A stretch of 64,000 bases of DNA from Verrucomicrobiales bacterium (GTDB lineage Bacteria > Verrucomicrobiota > Verrucomicrobiia > Verrucomicrobiales > V1-33). Location of the stretch: positions 1-64,000 of the forward strand of contig JANOAV010000087.1 in NCBI GenBank assembly GCA_031411295.1, written 5' to 3'. Below are positions 1 to 8,200 of this stretch, piece by piece; the stretch's first letter is position 1, and every line of letters starts with the position of its first letter. The notes beneath the pieces are model-generated. The model saw only the letters and a list, made by a program, of their open reading frames with translations, ran no database searches and was not told the origin of the DNA. A program made the position numbers and the translations under genes.

Positions 1-789
1 AAAGCCGCTCAAAGCTATCTTTGAAGGTTCTGCGCATGTTGGTGTTGGGACGCTTTCGATATTCATACTATTGAAAGTGTCCCGCCAATAGGATGGGAAA
101 GCAGTAAATCCTTCCATCCCCAAGGCAACGACCTGTGCGGAGCGCTCGGCAATCTCCTTGTCTTCGATGATCTTCGTAATCGCTCCCTCAGGCGGTTTGT
201 AAACGTCGTCGGTAAAATGCTGGCGGGCAAACTCCAGAAACCAAGCCGCCTCTACGGGACTTGCGCCATCCCTCGCCAATCGCTGATAAAGTCGAATTGC
301 GACATCTGCGTTGGCCGTGAAGCGCAGGAGATCGGACGTGCCTTCAGCAACGACCTCGGAGTGCTTCACGTAGTCGAAGTAGTGGAGTCCCCACCCCTTC
401 TTTTGGCATCCCGCACGATCAAAATGAATCACTGTGAATTCTGCTGTCCACTGGTCGAGGCATCGCCCCATCAGCTCACGGCATGCCTCACTCGCTCCAT
501 CAGCCTCAAGCTTCGGCCGATTTTCTGAAATAAACCAAGCCAACGAGGTGATCAGATCGAGCGCACCTTCATCATGGCTGCCAACATGTTCGAATGCGCG
601 AGGCAGAAAATAGGCAGCTTCTTCGTAGGTTCCGGCCGGAAGAAAAGGGCCGAGAATCTGTTTGTAGTGCCACCAAGTCATCTCTTCGTCCGGCGTCTCC
701 AGAATCTCGGTGAGCTTGTCCTCAGTGAAGTCGTCAAACGGATCACTGAGCGATGTAGGACGTCGATATGACAGATCGAGAGCAGGCAT
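1..789 (-). CDS. Cassette hypothetical protein, 3' end outside the window (not in the ORF track)
   Basis: ATG at 789-787, just after the attC R' box (796-802). The frame is open to base 1: MPALDLSYRRPTSLSDPFDDFTEDKLTEILETPDEEMTWWHYKQILGPFLPAGTYEE... Confidence 0.8.
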   Translation of the reverse strand, partial: MPALDLSYRRPTSLSDPFDDFTEDKLTEILETPDEEMTWWHYKQILGPFLPAGTYEEAAYFLPRAFEHVGSHDEGALDLITSLAWFISENRPKLEADGASEACRELMGRCLDQWTAEFTVIHFDRAGCQKKGWGLHYFDYVKHSEVVAEGTSDLLRFTANADVAIRLYQRLARDGASPVEAAWFLEFARQHFTDDVYKPPEGAITKIIEDKEIAERSAQVVALGMEGFTAFPSYWRDTFNSMNIESVPTPTCAEPSKIALSGF

Positions 790-795
790 TTTCAG

Positions 796-923
796 GCAGA
801 ACGTTCAAGCGATGGCAACCCCACTAGCGGGGGCCAGCGTTGATCGCGGGGTTGAGGTTGAGTGAGGATAAAGCATGGAAAACAGAGGGGCTAGTGGGGG
901 TTGCCATCCGCGCCTTGTTATGC
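796..923 (-). other. attC site
   Basis: Minus strand GCATAAC-AAGGCGCGGATGGCAACCCCCACTAGC...GCTAGTGGGGTTGCCATCGCTTGAAC-GTTCTGC. The stop codon of ORF 918..1418 lies within R''. Confidence 0.9.
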
Positions 924-1418
924 ATTTCTGTCAATTACGAAACTGGCATCCGCTTCAAAAGAGACGGTCCGCAGACGCACAGAGTCCAGATATTTCTGGG
1001 GTTCAGGGTCTAGATCTGAGACAATAAGAGCTGAACTCGGGCGACAGATCAGACGGTAGGGTTGATTTGGGTTAGGATTGGGCTGCGAACTGGGCCAATC
1101 ATAGTAAAAGAGCCCCCTTGAAGACCACGCCGCGACAATCCCCAAAGGATCACAATCCTTGGCACCAGCCTCAAAGCACGCTTGCCCTTGTATTGGGAGA
1201 TTTGCCAGTGCGCGATAAAGCTGAATGTAACGCTCGTAGCCCTGGAAGAATCTGTCAGGAACCCAGGTAGTGCCTCTGTCTGCAAAGACGGCAACATGAC
1301 CGACGATGTCAATAGCGAACCATTCGAAGTCAGCTACCGGGGCGATTCCGTCCCGCGCACACTCGTATGCCTCAAGGTCATACACACACTGGATTGGGGA
1401 TGACCTCTCTCTTTGCAT
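918..1418 (-). CDS. Cassette hypothetical protein (166 aa)
   Basis: The ORF fills the cassette from GTTATGC (1421-1415) to GCATAAC (923-917); motif DFEWFAIDxxGHVAVF. Confidence 0.8.
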   Translation of the reverse strand: MQRERSSPIQCVYDLEAYECARDGIAPVADFEWFAIDIVGHVAVFADRGTTWVPDRFFQGYERYIQLYRALANLPIQGQACFEAGAKDCDPLGIVAAWSSRGLFYYDWPSSQPNPNPNQPYRLICRPSSALIVSDLDPEPQKYLDSVRLRTVSFEADASFVIDRNA

Positions 1419-1679
1419 AACTAGTTGATCACCGACAGAAGTGTCGATTTTTGCCGAGCTTCTTTATAGGCGACAGAGTTGTCGGTATTTGCGCAGGGTA
1501 GTGATTTCATAGGCGAATTTAGGTGGGATTTAGCCGCAGATGCGCCTGATCGTCAATGTTATTGTCGGTTTTCGCTCGGATGCGCGTGAATTCCCGCAGT
1601 TTATGACAACGGGCTTTTTGGGAGGCTGCGGTGGGGACGTTGGTCGGACGGTAGATTTCCAGATGGGTTTTCCTGAGGT
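1415..1679 (-). other. attI-like site / leader, copy 1
   Basis: Near-identical to 4864-5129. Identity ends exactly at ...GATCAACTAGTT|, the integron crossover point. It is not an attC-type long palindrome. Confidence 0.75.
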
Positions 1680-1685
1680 TGGGAT

Positions 1686-2000
1686 GGTCGTTCGGAATTT
1701 TCCGAAGTGCCTCCCCAAGGTTATTTTGGTCGTGCGGAATTTTCCGGGGTGCTTCCACAAGGTTATTTTGGTCGTTCGGAATTTTCCGAGGTGCCTCCCC
1801 AAGGGTATTTTGGTCGTTCGGAATTTTCCGAGGTGCTTCCCCAAGGGTATTTTGGCCGTTCGGAATTCTCCGAGGTGCTTCCCCAAGGGTATTTTGGTCG
1901 TTCGGAATTTTCCGAGGGGCCTCCCCAAGGTTATTTTGGTCGTTCGGAATTTTCCGAGGTGCTTCCGAGACGTCTGGATGGTCATGCGGAATTTTTCCCA
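1686..2000. repeat. Tandem array of 42-bp units (7 full plus 1 partial)
   Basis: Consensus GGTCGTTCGGAATTTTCCGAGGTGCTTCCCCAAGGGTATTTT starting at 1686, 1728, 1770, 1812, 1854, 1896, 1938 and (partial) 1980. Each unit has an internal TCGGAA-N2-TTCCGA palindrome. No spacers. Confidence 0.95.
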
Positions 2001-2001
2001 G

Positions 2002-2213
2002 GAGTGATTATTCCACAGCGGATGTGCTTTCTAGCGCGGTGGAGCGAGGCTGCGCCCGAGCCTTCGTCTGCTGGCATTCAGAGGTTCGCTCAAGCACTTC
2101 CTCGCGCAGATCGACCATCGCTGGGCAAGTTCTTTTAGAGCAGGGAGGCATCAGCTCACGACTGGCTCGGGCTCAGCCTCGCGCCACCTCCCTTTGCTGT
2201 GGAATAATCGCTC
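2002..2213. repeat. REPIN/MITE-like inverted-repeat element
   Basis: GAGTGATTATTCCACAGC (2002-2019) pairs with GCTGTGGAATAATCGCTC (2196-2213). Inner arms are GGTGGAGCGAGGCTGCGCCCGAGCC and GGCTCGGGCTCAGCCTCGCGCCACC. Confidence 0.75.
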
Positions 2214-2244
2214 GTGAATTTTTTCCTTACTGACCGTTATTGTT

Positions 2245-2273
2245 TTGACACGGCGGCGGATTTTTCGCAAATT
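2245..2273 (+). promoter_or_regulatory. Putative sigma70 promoter of 2326..3126
   Basis: TTGACA-17 bp-CAAATT. Confidence 0.45.
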
Positions 2274-2325
2274 GCGAGCGCATTTTCCTGAGTTCCGTTA
2301 AAACCACAACAACAACACCACAACC

Positions 2326-3126
2326 ATGGCTCGTTATGATTCCGGGATCCGCTACGGTAGCGGAGCACGATACTCACAGGCTGAGCCGTCAACCATCAGC
2401 ACAAGCACTATGATTCGCCTAACTCGTTTCTTGGAAAATCCGTTCGATGACATTGAAATCAGCCTGGATGAACTCCTGGCTTTCTCTACTGACCACCTGC
2501 AGCGGCTCATCGCCAACAACCCCGGGGCGCTGTATAACGCCCGCATTACCGCCACGACGCTGGCGCTGAACACGGTGAGTAACTGCACCACGGATGATCA
2601 GGTGAAGCTGGGTCTGCGCAAGGCGCGGAAGCTGGCGAAGGATACGTTCCGGGCCGCGCTGGCGGGGAATATGGAGAAAATTTCCGCCGTGGTGGTGGCT
2701 AAATTCGGCGGCAGCTCCCCGGAATACCTGGAGTGTTTCCCGCTGGGACGGAGTATTTACAATACCAGCACGGATGACCATCTGGAAAATCATCTGCAAA
2801 CGCTGGTGACGGCGCTCACGGCACGCCAGGCGCAACTGGGGGCGCAGGTGGTATTGGATGCGGGTGGGCTGCTGAGCACGTGGATCGCGCTGCACGCGGC
2901 CAGCGAGTCGTCCACCGGGGCCAAAACGACGACGCAGGAAGGGAAGGCGGCGGCCCGCCAAGTGCTGCAACTTCAGTTGTTCCTTAATCTGCTGGAAATC
3001 GCCAAGAACAACCCGCGGCTGCCGGAGAATCTGCCGCTCTACATGCAGCAACATTTCCTGGAAGATCCGGTGACCCCACCGGAACCACCAGTGCCGCCAA
3101 CTCCTCCGGTGCCGCCAACTCCGTGA
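2326..3126 (+). CDS. Hypothetical alpha-helical protein with N-terminal RYDSGIRY motif and Pro-rich tail, opposite in orientation to the cassettes
   Basis: 266-aa ORF with GC3-rich codon usage and an A/C-rich leader. Alternative start MIRLTRF at 2410. No tyrosine recombinase motifs. Confidence 0.85.
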   Translation: MARYDSGIRYGSGARYSQAEPSTISTSTMIRLTRFLENPFDDIEISLDELLAFSTDHLQRLIANNPGALYNARITATTLALNTVSNCTTDDQVKLGLRKARKLAKDTFRAALAGNMEKISAVVVAKFGGSSPEYLECFPLGRSIYNTSTDDHLENHLQTLVTALTARQAQLGAQVVLDAGGLLSTWIALHAASESSTGAKTTTQEGKAAARQVLQLQLFLNLLEIAKNNPRLPENLPLYMQQHFLEDPVTPPEPPVPPTPPVPPTP

Positions 3127-3149
3127 GGGGGGGGCCTCTTCATAATTTC

Positions 3150-3240
3150 ATCGAACGTCTGAGTCCTCCGAACCGCGAACGGAGAACCTTGAATTCAAAG
3201 TGGATGCTGGTGAGCGGTTCGGAGCGACGACTTGTTCGAC
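3150..3240 (-). other. attC site
   Basis: Minus strand GTCGAAC-AAGTCGTCGCTCCGAACCGC...GCGGTTCGGAGGACTCAGAC-GTTCGAT. Confidence 0.88.
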
Positions 3241-3593
3241 TTTTTGGTGAGTGCGATTCCGCATCCCATCACCATCAGCAAAGCGGCAGAGGCCCCAGAT
3301 CCCAAGTAGGTCGGCATCCTCGCATCACGTCTAGCCTCCGCCTCCAGAGAGCGCGCATATTCCGGATCATTATAGGACCTCTGTGTCACTACAGGGACTT
3401 CATTATTCGCTATGAATGTCCCCAAAAGACCGAGAAGAAGTGGGAGGAATGCCAGCAACCCAAACGTAAATAAAACCCGGCGCCACGGCCTAATCGAGAC
3501 CACGACAATCCCGCTCACGAGGAGCAGGGAGAACATTACAATGATCAAAAATCCGATGGGTCCTGACTTGATTAGAAATTGCATATTAGTCAT
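3195..3593 (-). CDS. Cassette membrane protein (about 3 TM helices)
   Basis: Start reassigned to ATG 3593 (MTNMQFLIKS), right after attC R'. Hydrophobic segments include PLLLGLLGT. The stop falls inside the downstream attC. Confidence 0.75.
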   Translation of the reverse strand: MTNMQFLIKSGPIGFLIIVMFSLLLVSGIVVVSIRPWRRVLFTFGLLAFLPLLLGLLGTFIANNEVPVVTQRSYNDPEYARSLEAEARRDARMPTYLGSGASAALLMVMGCGIALTKKSNKSSLRTAHQHPL

Positions 3594-3598
3594 TTTCT

Positions 3599-3705
3599 GT
3601 CGAACGACCCAAGCTGAGCCACGCCGCCGGGGACTTCCGCCAACCGAAAACCCGAAGCGAAAACTGACCGGCGTAACCGGCGTTGGCTCCAGCGCTGTGT
3701 TAGGC
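3599..3705 (-). other. attC site
   Basis: Minus strand GCCTAAC-ACAGCGCTGGAGCCAACGCCG...CGGCGTGGCTCAGCTTGGGTC-GTTCGAC. Confidence 0.92.
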
Positions 3706-3712
3706 CACAAGG

Positions 3713-4129
3713 TCATTTGATTGGTCGAGCTTGATGCAGATAGATCGTGTAAGCACCATACCCCTCGTCAACAATGATGCCCTCAATGCGGAGTCTCTCG
3801 CCCTTCTTGCGCGAGGATCCTTCGGTCGTGGCACTGATAAGGTGGGCTTGGATGACTTCGGTTGGATGCGCGGAATCACCTGCTAGTTCCTTTGGAATCA
3901 CGATATCCACCAGTGGAACATCCCGCTCGCTTTTGACGACGACATCAAGCAGCACGAATTGGCCAATGAGCTTGTCTATCTCTTTTGCGGTGTTGGAAAA
4001 TTGATATAACCGTGAAGCTGTCAAGTGGTCCTTTGCGGGAAACTGAAGATCAAACTTATCGGATGTAGGATTACCGACAGCAACACCGAGTGCCGCGATC
4101 AGGACGGTGAGAGTTAGCGGTAGTCTCAT
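3713..4129 (-). CDS. Cassette secreted hypothetical protein
   Basis: 138 aa with a signal-peptide-like N-terminus (MRLPLTLTVLIAALGVAVG), lying between two attC sites. Confidence 0.8.
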   Translation of the reverse strand: MRLPLTLTVLIAALGVAVGNPTSDKFDLQFPAKDHLTASRLYQFSNTAKEIDKLIGQFVLLDVVVKSERDVPLVDIVIPKELAGDSAHPTEVIQAHLISATTEGSSRKKGERLRIEGIIVDEGYGAYTIYLHQARPIK

Positions 4130-4172
4130 AATAGTGGTTGTGAGTGCAATTGTTGGAGCCGCGTAAAATGTG

Positions 4173-4300
4173 GCCTAACGTTAGAGCGCAGACACCGCTG
4201 GTGAGGGTGAACTTAGATGACACAGTGACGTGTCGAGATTCAAACAACGCTGAAAAAACACTAGGATACCAGCGGTTGATCTGCCGCGTTTTTGTTCGGC
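4173..4300 (-). other. attC site
   Basis: Minus strand GCCGAAC-AAAAACGCGGCAGATCAACCGCTGGT...ACCAGCGGTGTCTGCGCTCTAAC-GTTAGGC. Confidence 0.9.
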
Positions 4301-4373
4301 TAGTGGAGCTTGATGGAGGTTGGGCATCATGATGGAACACGCTACGCGCAATGGGTGGAAAGTCAAAAAATGC

Positions 4374-4850
4374 TTAACGATCTCGACAGAGATGAGGCGC
4401 AGGCTTCCGTCCAATATAGGCACAACCCCACATCTGCTCCGAGTCGGCTGAAGTCCTCAACTCGATCTCACCGTCGTCAGGTCGATCAGGCCACATCAAA
4501 TCGATACGATAAATACGCAACTGCTCAACTTCGTCTCGGTATCGAGTCAAGTCCCGGACGCCTTGCAACTGAGATACAATAAACTGCTCAACAAGGCAGA
4601 CGAGAGGACCCGGATTTGAAGCAATCGAAGCTGCATGCTCAATCAAGGCTGGCGATGGGTGATAGATTTGGTCGTTCTTATCAATCTCACCAGCAATGTA
4701 AAAACCGAATCCACAGGCCGCCAGGCTCGGGTCGGTAAGCCATGCATCATCGTCTTCGGAATACGTCAGCAAGCCAAGCACGGGGTGCGCAACAGACTCA
4801 ACGGTAGGTTTTGGGTCACCCAGAAGGAATTTCTTTAGCTTCACGAACAT
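4374..4850 (-). CDS. First-cassette hypothetical protein
   Basis: 158-aa ORF starting 14 bp after GTTCGGC (4870-4864). Confidence 0.8.
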   Translation of the reverse strand: MFVKLKKFLLGDPKPTVESVAHPVLGLLTYSEDDDAWLTDPSLAACGFGFYIAGEIDKNDQIYHPSPALIEHAASIASNPGPLVCLVEQFIVSQLQGVRDLTRYRDEVEQLRIYRIDLMWPDRPDDGEIELRTSADSEQMWGCAYIGRKPAPHLCRDR

Positions 4851-4863
4851 CTGCAGATTTAGA

Positions 4864-5129
4864 GCCGAACTAGTTGATCACCGACGGAAGTGTCGATTTT
4901 TGCCGAGCTTCTTTATAGGCGACAGATTTGTCGGTTTTTGCGCAGGGGAGTGATTTCATAGGCGAATTTAGGTGGGATTTAGCCGCAGATGCGCGTGATA
5001 GTCAACGTTATTGTCGGTTTTCGCTCGGATGCGCGTGAATTCCCGCAGTTTATGACAACGGGTTTTTTGGGCAGGCTGCGGTGGGATCGTTGGTCGGACG
5101 GTAGATTTCCAGATGGGCTTTCCTGAGGT
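4864..5129 (-). other. attI-like site / leader, copy 2
   Basis: Direct repeat of 1415-1679 ending in CAACTA-GTTCGGC, the complement of the R'' (GCCGAAC) of the first cassette. Confidence 0.75.
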
Positions 5130-5160
5130 CTCGGTAGTCAACTTTGCTCCGTGGCCGGTT

Positions 5161-5182
5161 ACGGACTAAAGTCCATCACTAC
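5161..5182 (-). repeat. Single GTAG-type REP-like palindrome
   Basis: Minus strand GTAGTGATGGACTTTAGTCCGT. Confidence 0.45.
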
Positions 5183-5271
5183 AGAGCAAATACCGCTGGC
5201 GGGATAAAATTTTCGCTGGAGCCAGCGGGAAGTCTTGACGATCACTTCTGAATTAGGTTATAACCTCGGCA

Positions 5272-8200
5272 ATGCATCCCCGAATCCCCCTTCGCTGCTC
5301 TGTGCTTGCGCTCTTCCTCAGCCAAGCGGTCGGAGCGGTGGCCCAAACTTCCATTAGTGATACGCTCTCAGCTCCCGGTGTGGACCTGCGGGACGCCCCG
5401 CAGCGTGAGCGGGCGCAGGGGCAGGTGGGCACGATCATGGCGGACCGGCATGCGGCCGCCCGAGCCAAGGCGCTGCAGATGGGCCTGCCGGTGCGCACGG
5501 TGCATCCGAATGGAAGGGTGGTGGAAATTGCGGATTTCGTGGGGGATCGACCACTCTATTTCACGACCCACAATGTGAATGCGGCCATTTCCAGTGGGGC
5601 GAATTTGCTGCGACTGGCTCCGTATTCGGTCAGCGGGAGCGGGCTAACGGTCGGGGTGTGGGATGGCGGCGGTGCCCGCACCACGCACCAGGAATTCGGC
5701 ACCCGCGTGACGATCAAGGACGGGGCGGCTCTGGTCGACCATTCCACCCATGTGGCGGGCACGATTGGAGCGGTGGGGGTTGATAGCCTGGCCAAGGGGA
5801 TGGCTCCGTCGGTTAATATCGACTCCTATGAATGGACCAGTGACAAGAGCGAGATGACGGGACGCGGGGCTTCCTATCCGGGGGAGGCGGGGAAAATTTA
5901 TCTCAGCAACCATAGCTACGGGATCGTCAGTGGTTGGTATTACACGGGCTTGGCATCACCCCGCTGGGCGTGGTATGGAAATGGGACCACGAGCACGAGC
6001 TTCGAACCGGACTTCGGGAAATATGAAACTAATGCACGGGACACGGACTCGTTGGCGTTCAGTCTGCCCTATTATCTCATCATGCGCAGTGCGGGGAATG
6101 AACGCGTGGACAACCCGGCGGCCGGGGACCCGGTCTCCCTAACTACCAGCACCACTTCAGCCGTCACCTATGATGCCGCCGTGCATCCCACCGGAGATGG
6201 CACGTATCGCAATGGGTATGACACCATCAGCTATGATGCCATTGCCAAGAATGTGGTGACAGTGGGTTCGGTGGGCGATGCGGTGAGTGGATCGACCCGC
6301 TCGCTGAGCGGAGCCTACATGTCGTCCTACTCATCCTGGGGCCCGACTGATGATGGGCGCATCAAACCTGACCTGGTGGCCAATGGGGAGTATCTCTACT
6401 CCACCCTCTCCACCGCCAACAATGCCTACGGTTACATGAGCGGCACCAGCATGGCCACCCCCAGCGCCACGGGATCCGCGGCTTTGGTGGTCAACTACTG
6501 GAACACCCTGTGTCCGGGACACGCCCTGCGCGCCAGCACGCTGAAAGGATTGCTGATTCATACGGCGGATGATCTGGGCACGAGCGGGCCGGATTATCAA
6601 TTCGGCTGGGGCTTGATCAATGTGCAGGCTGCGGCCGATGTGTTGCAGGCCTATAAGACGAGCGCGGGGACCCGCCGCGTGGTGGAGGATCGGCTCACCA
6701 CCACCAAGACCACGAGCAGCTATAATTTCACTTGGAACGGATCCTCCGCGATCCGCGCCACGTTGTGCTGGACGGATCCAGCGGGTGCTTTCACCACCTC
6801 CACCGATCTGCGGACCGCGCGCTTGGTGAATAATTTGGACCTGAAAATCACTGGTCCCACCGGGATCGTTTACTCCCCCTGGGTGATGCCGTTTGTGGGT
6901 GATTGGACAAACGCTAAGCTGTCCGCCGCCGCGGTCACCGGGGTGAATAATACGGACAATGTGGAACGGGTGGATATCGCCACGCCAACGAATGCCGGGG
7001 CTTACACTGTGACGGTGACCTACACGGGAACGCTGACTAACAGTGCGCAAAATTTCTCCGTCCTGCTGAGCGGTGGCACGGCCACAGCCACGGCCTCCGC
7101 TCCGGTGGCCACGGTGATCTCACCCAATGCGGGCACGGTGGATACGATGACGCTGAATTTGACGGGTAGTGGATTCCAGCTCGGAGCCAATGTAAAGTTG
7201 ACCAAATCCGGACAGGCTGAGGTGGTGGCTTCCAATCAGGAAATCCGGAGCGATAATGCCACCTTCCGCGTCAATGTGAATGGCATGGCATCCGGCTTGT
7301 GGAATGTGGTCCTGACGAATCCGGATGGCCAGAGCACCACGCTGCCAACCTCTTTCTCCATAGCCGGAGCGCTATGGCAGGACAATTTGGAGGCGGGGGC
7401 CAGTGGCTGGAGCCATAGCGCCACCGCTCCTTACACGACGGATAGTTGGGCGTTGACGACCGCGCAGAGCAGTTCTCCCACCCATTCGTTTTTTGCCGGT
7501 GGACCCGGGGTGAAGAATATCGATGACCTTTACTCGCCCATCATCAACGTGCCCGCCGATGCCGCCAACCTGAGCCTCACGTTCATGCATAACTTCGATC
7601 TCCAAAGCACGCGGGATGGTGGCGTGCTTGAATTCTCTGTAAATGGTGGTGCGTGGTTTGATGTGACCGCCGCAGGCTCTGGGGCCGCGTTTGCCTCGGG
7701 TGGATACAACAGCTCGCTGACCGTGACCAACCCGTCGTCTTCCCGCAATCCGTTGGCTGGACGCGCTGCTTGGTCTGGCACCAAGACTGGCTTCTCCAAA
7801 GTAGCGGTGAACCTCACGGATGCCGCCAAGTATGCCGGGAAGACCTTGCAAATCCGTTGGCGCCTCGCCACCAACGGCAGCACCACCAGCCCCGGTTGGT
7901 ATGTGGATGACATTGCCATCGCAGGCGTGGCCTCGGGGAATTTACCCCCATCGATTACCGCGGAAGCCATCGCCACGCCCACGCCGGTCACGGCTGCCAG
8001 CACGCAGCTGACGGTCTCGGCGGATGATGATTCCGGGGAGTCCGCCCTAGCTTACACTTGGTCTTACACCGGAGGATCCTTCACCCGTCCGGTCAGCTTC
8101 AGTGAGAACGGCACCAATGCCGCCAAGAGCACCACGGCTACCTTTACGGTGGCGGGAAATTACACGTTCACCGTCTCGGCACGCGATGCCCAGGGGTTGA

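Larger units (their letters stand above)
1..5129 (-). mobile_element. Integron-type gene cassette array without an integrase in the window (CALIN-like), with two attI-like sites; continues beyond the left edge
   Basis: Short co-oriented minus-strand ORFs, each followed by an imperfect palindrome bounded by xxxxAAC...GTTxxxx. In all four complete cassettes the 7-mer at the start is the exact complement of the R'' 7-mer at the end. Confidence 0.9.

Noticed and set aside
217..771. Plus-strand ORFs 217..528 and 574..771
   Set aside because: They are antisense shadows of the minus-strand cassette ORF <1..789.
1433..1484. LexA (SOS) boxes
   Set aside because: The motif is CGACA-N4-TGTCG, which differs from the TGTTC-N4-GAACA motif I recall for Verrucomicrobia LexA.
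1686..2000. CRISPR array
   Set aside because: Units are head-to-tail with no unique spacers, and there are no cas genes in the window.
1519..2233. Five overlapping ORFs across the 42-bp array
   Set aside because: They arise because the unit is a multiple of 3 with no stop codons; nothing favours one frame.
2326..3126. Integron integrase intI
   Set aside because: The position and orientation fit, but there are no tyrosine recombinase motifs (no HxLRHS box); no intI is seen anywhere in the window.
3594..3716. N-terminal extension of ORF 3195..3716
   Set aside because: The extension is a translation of the attC site; the likely start is 3593.
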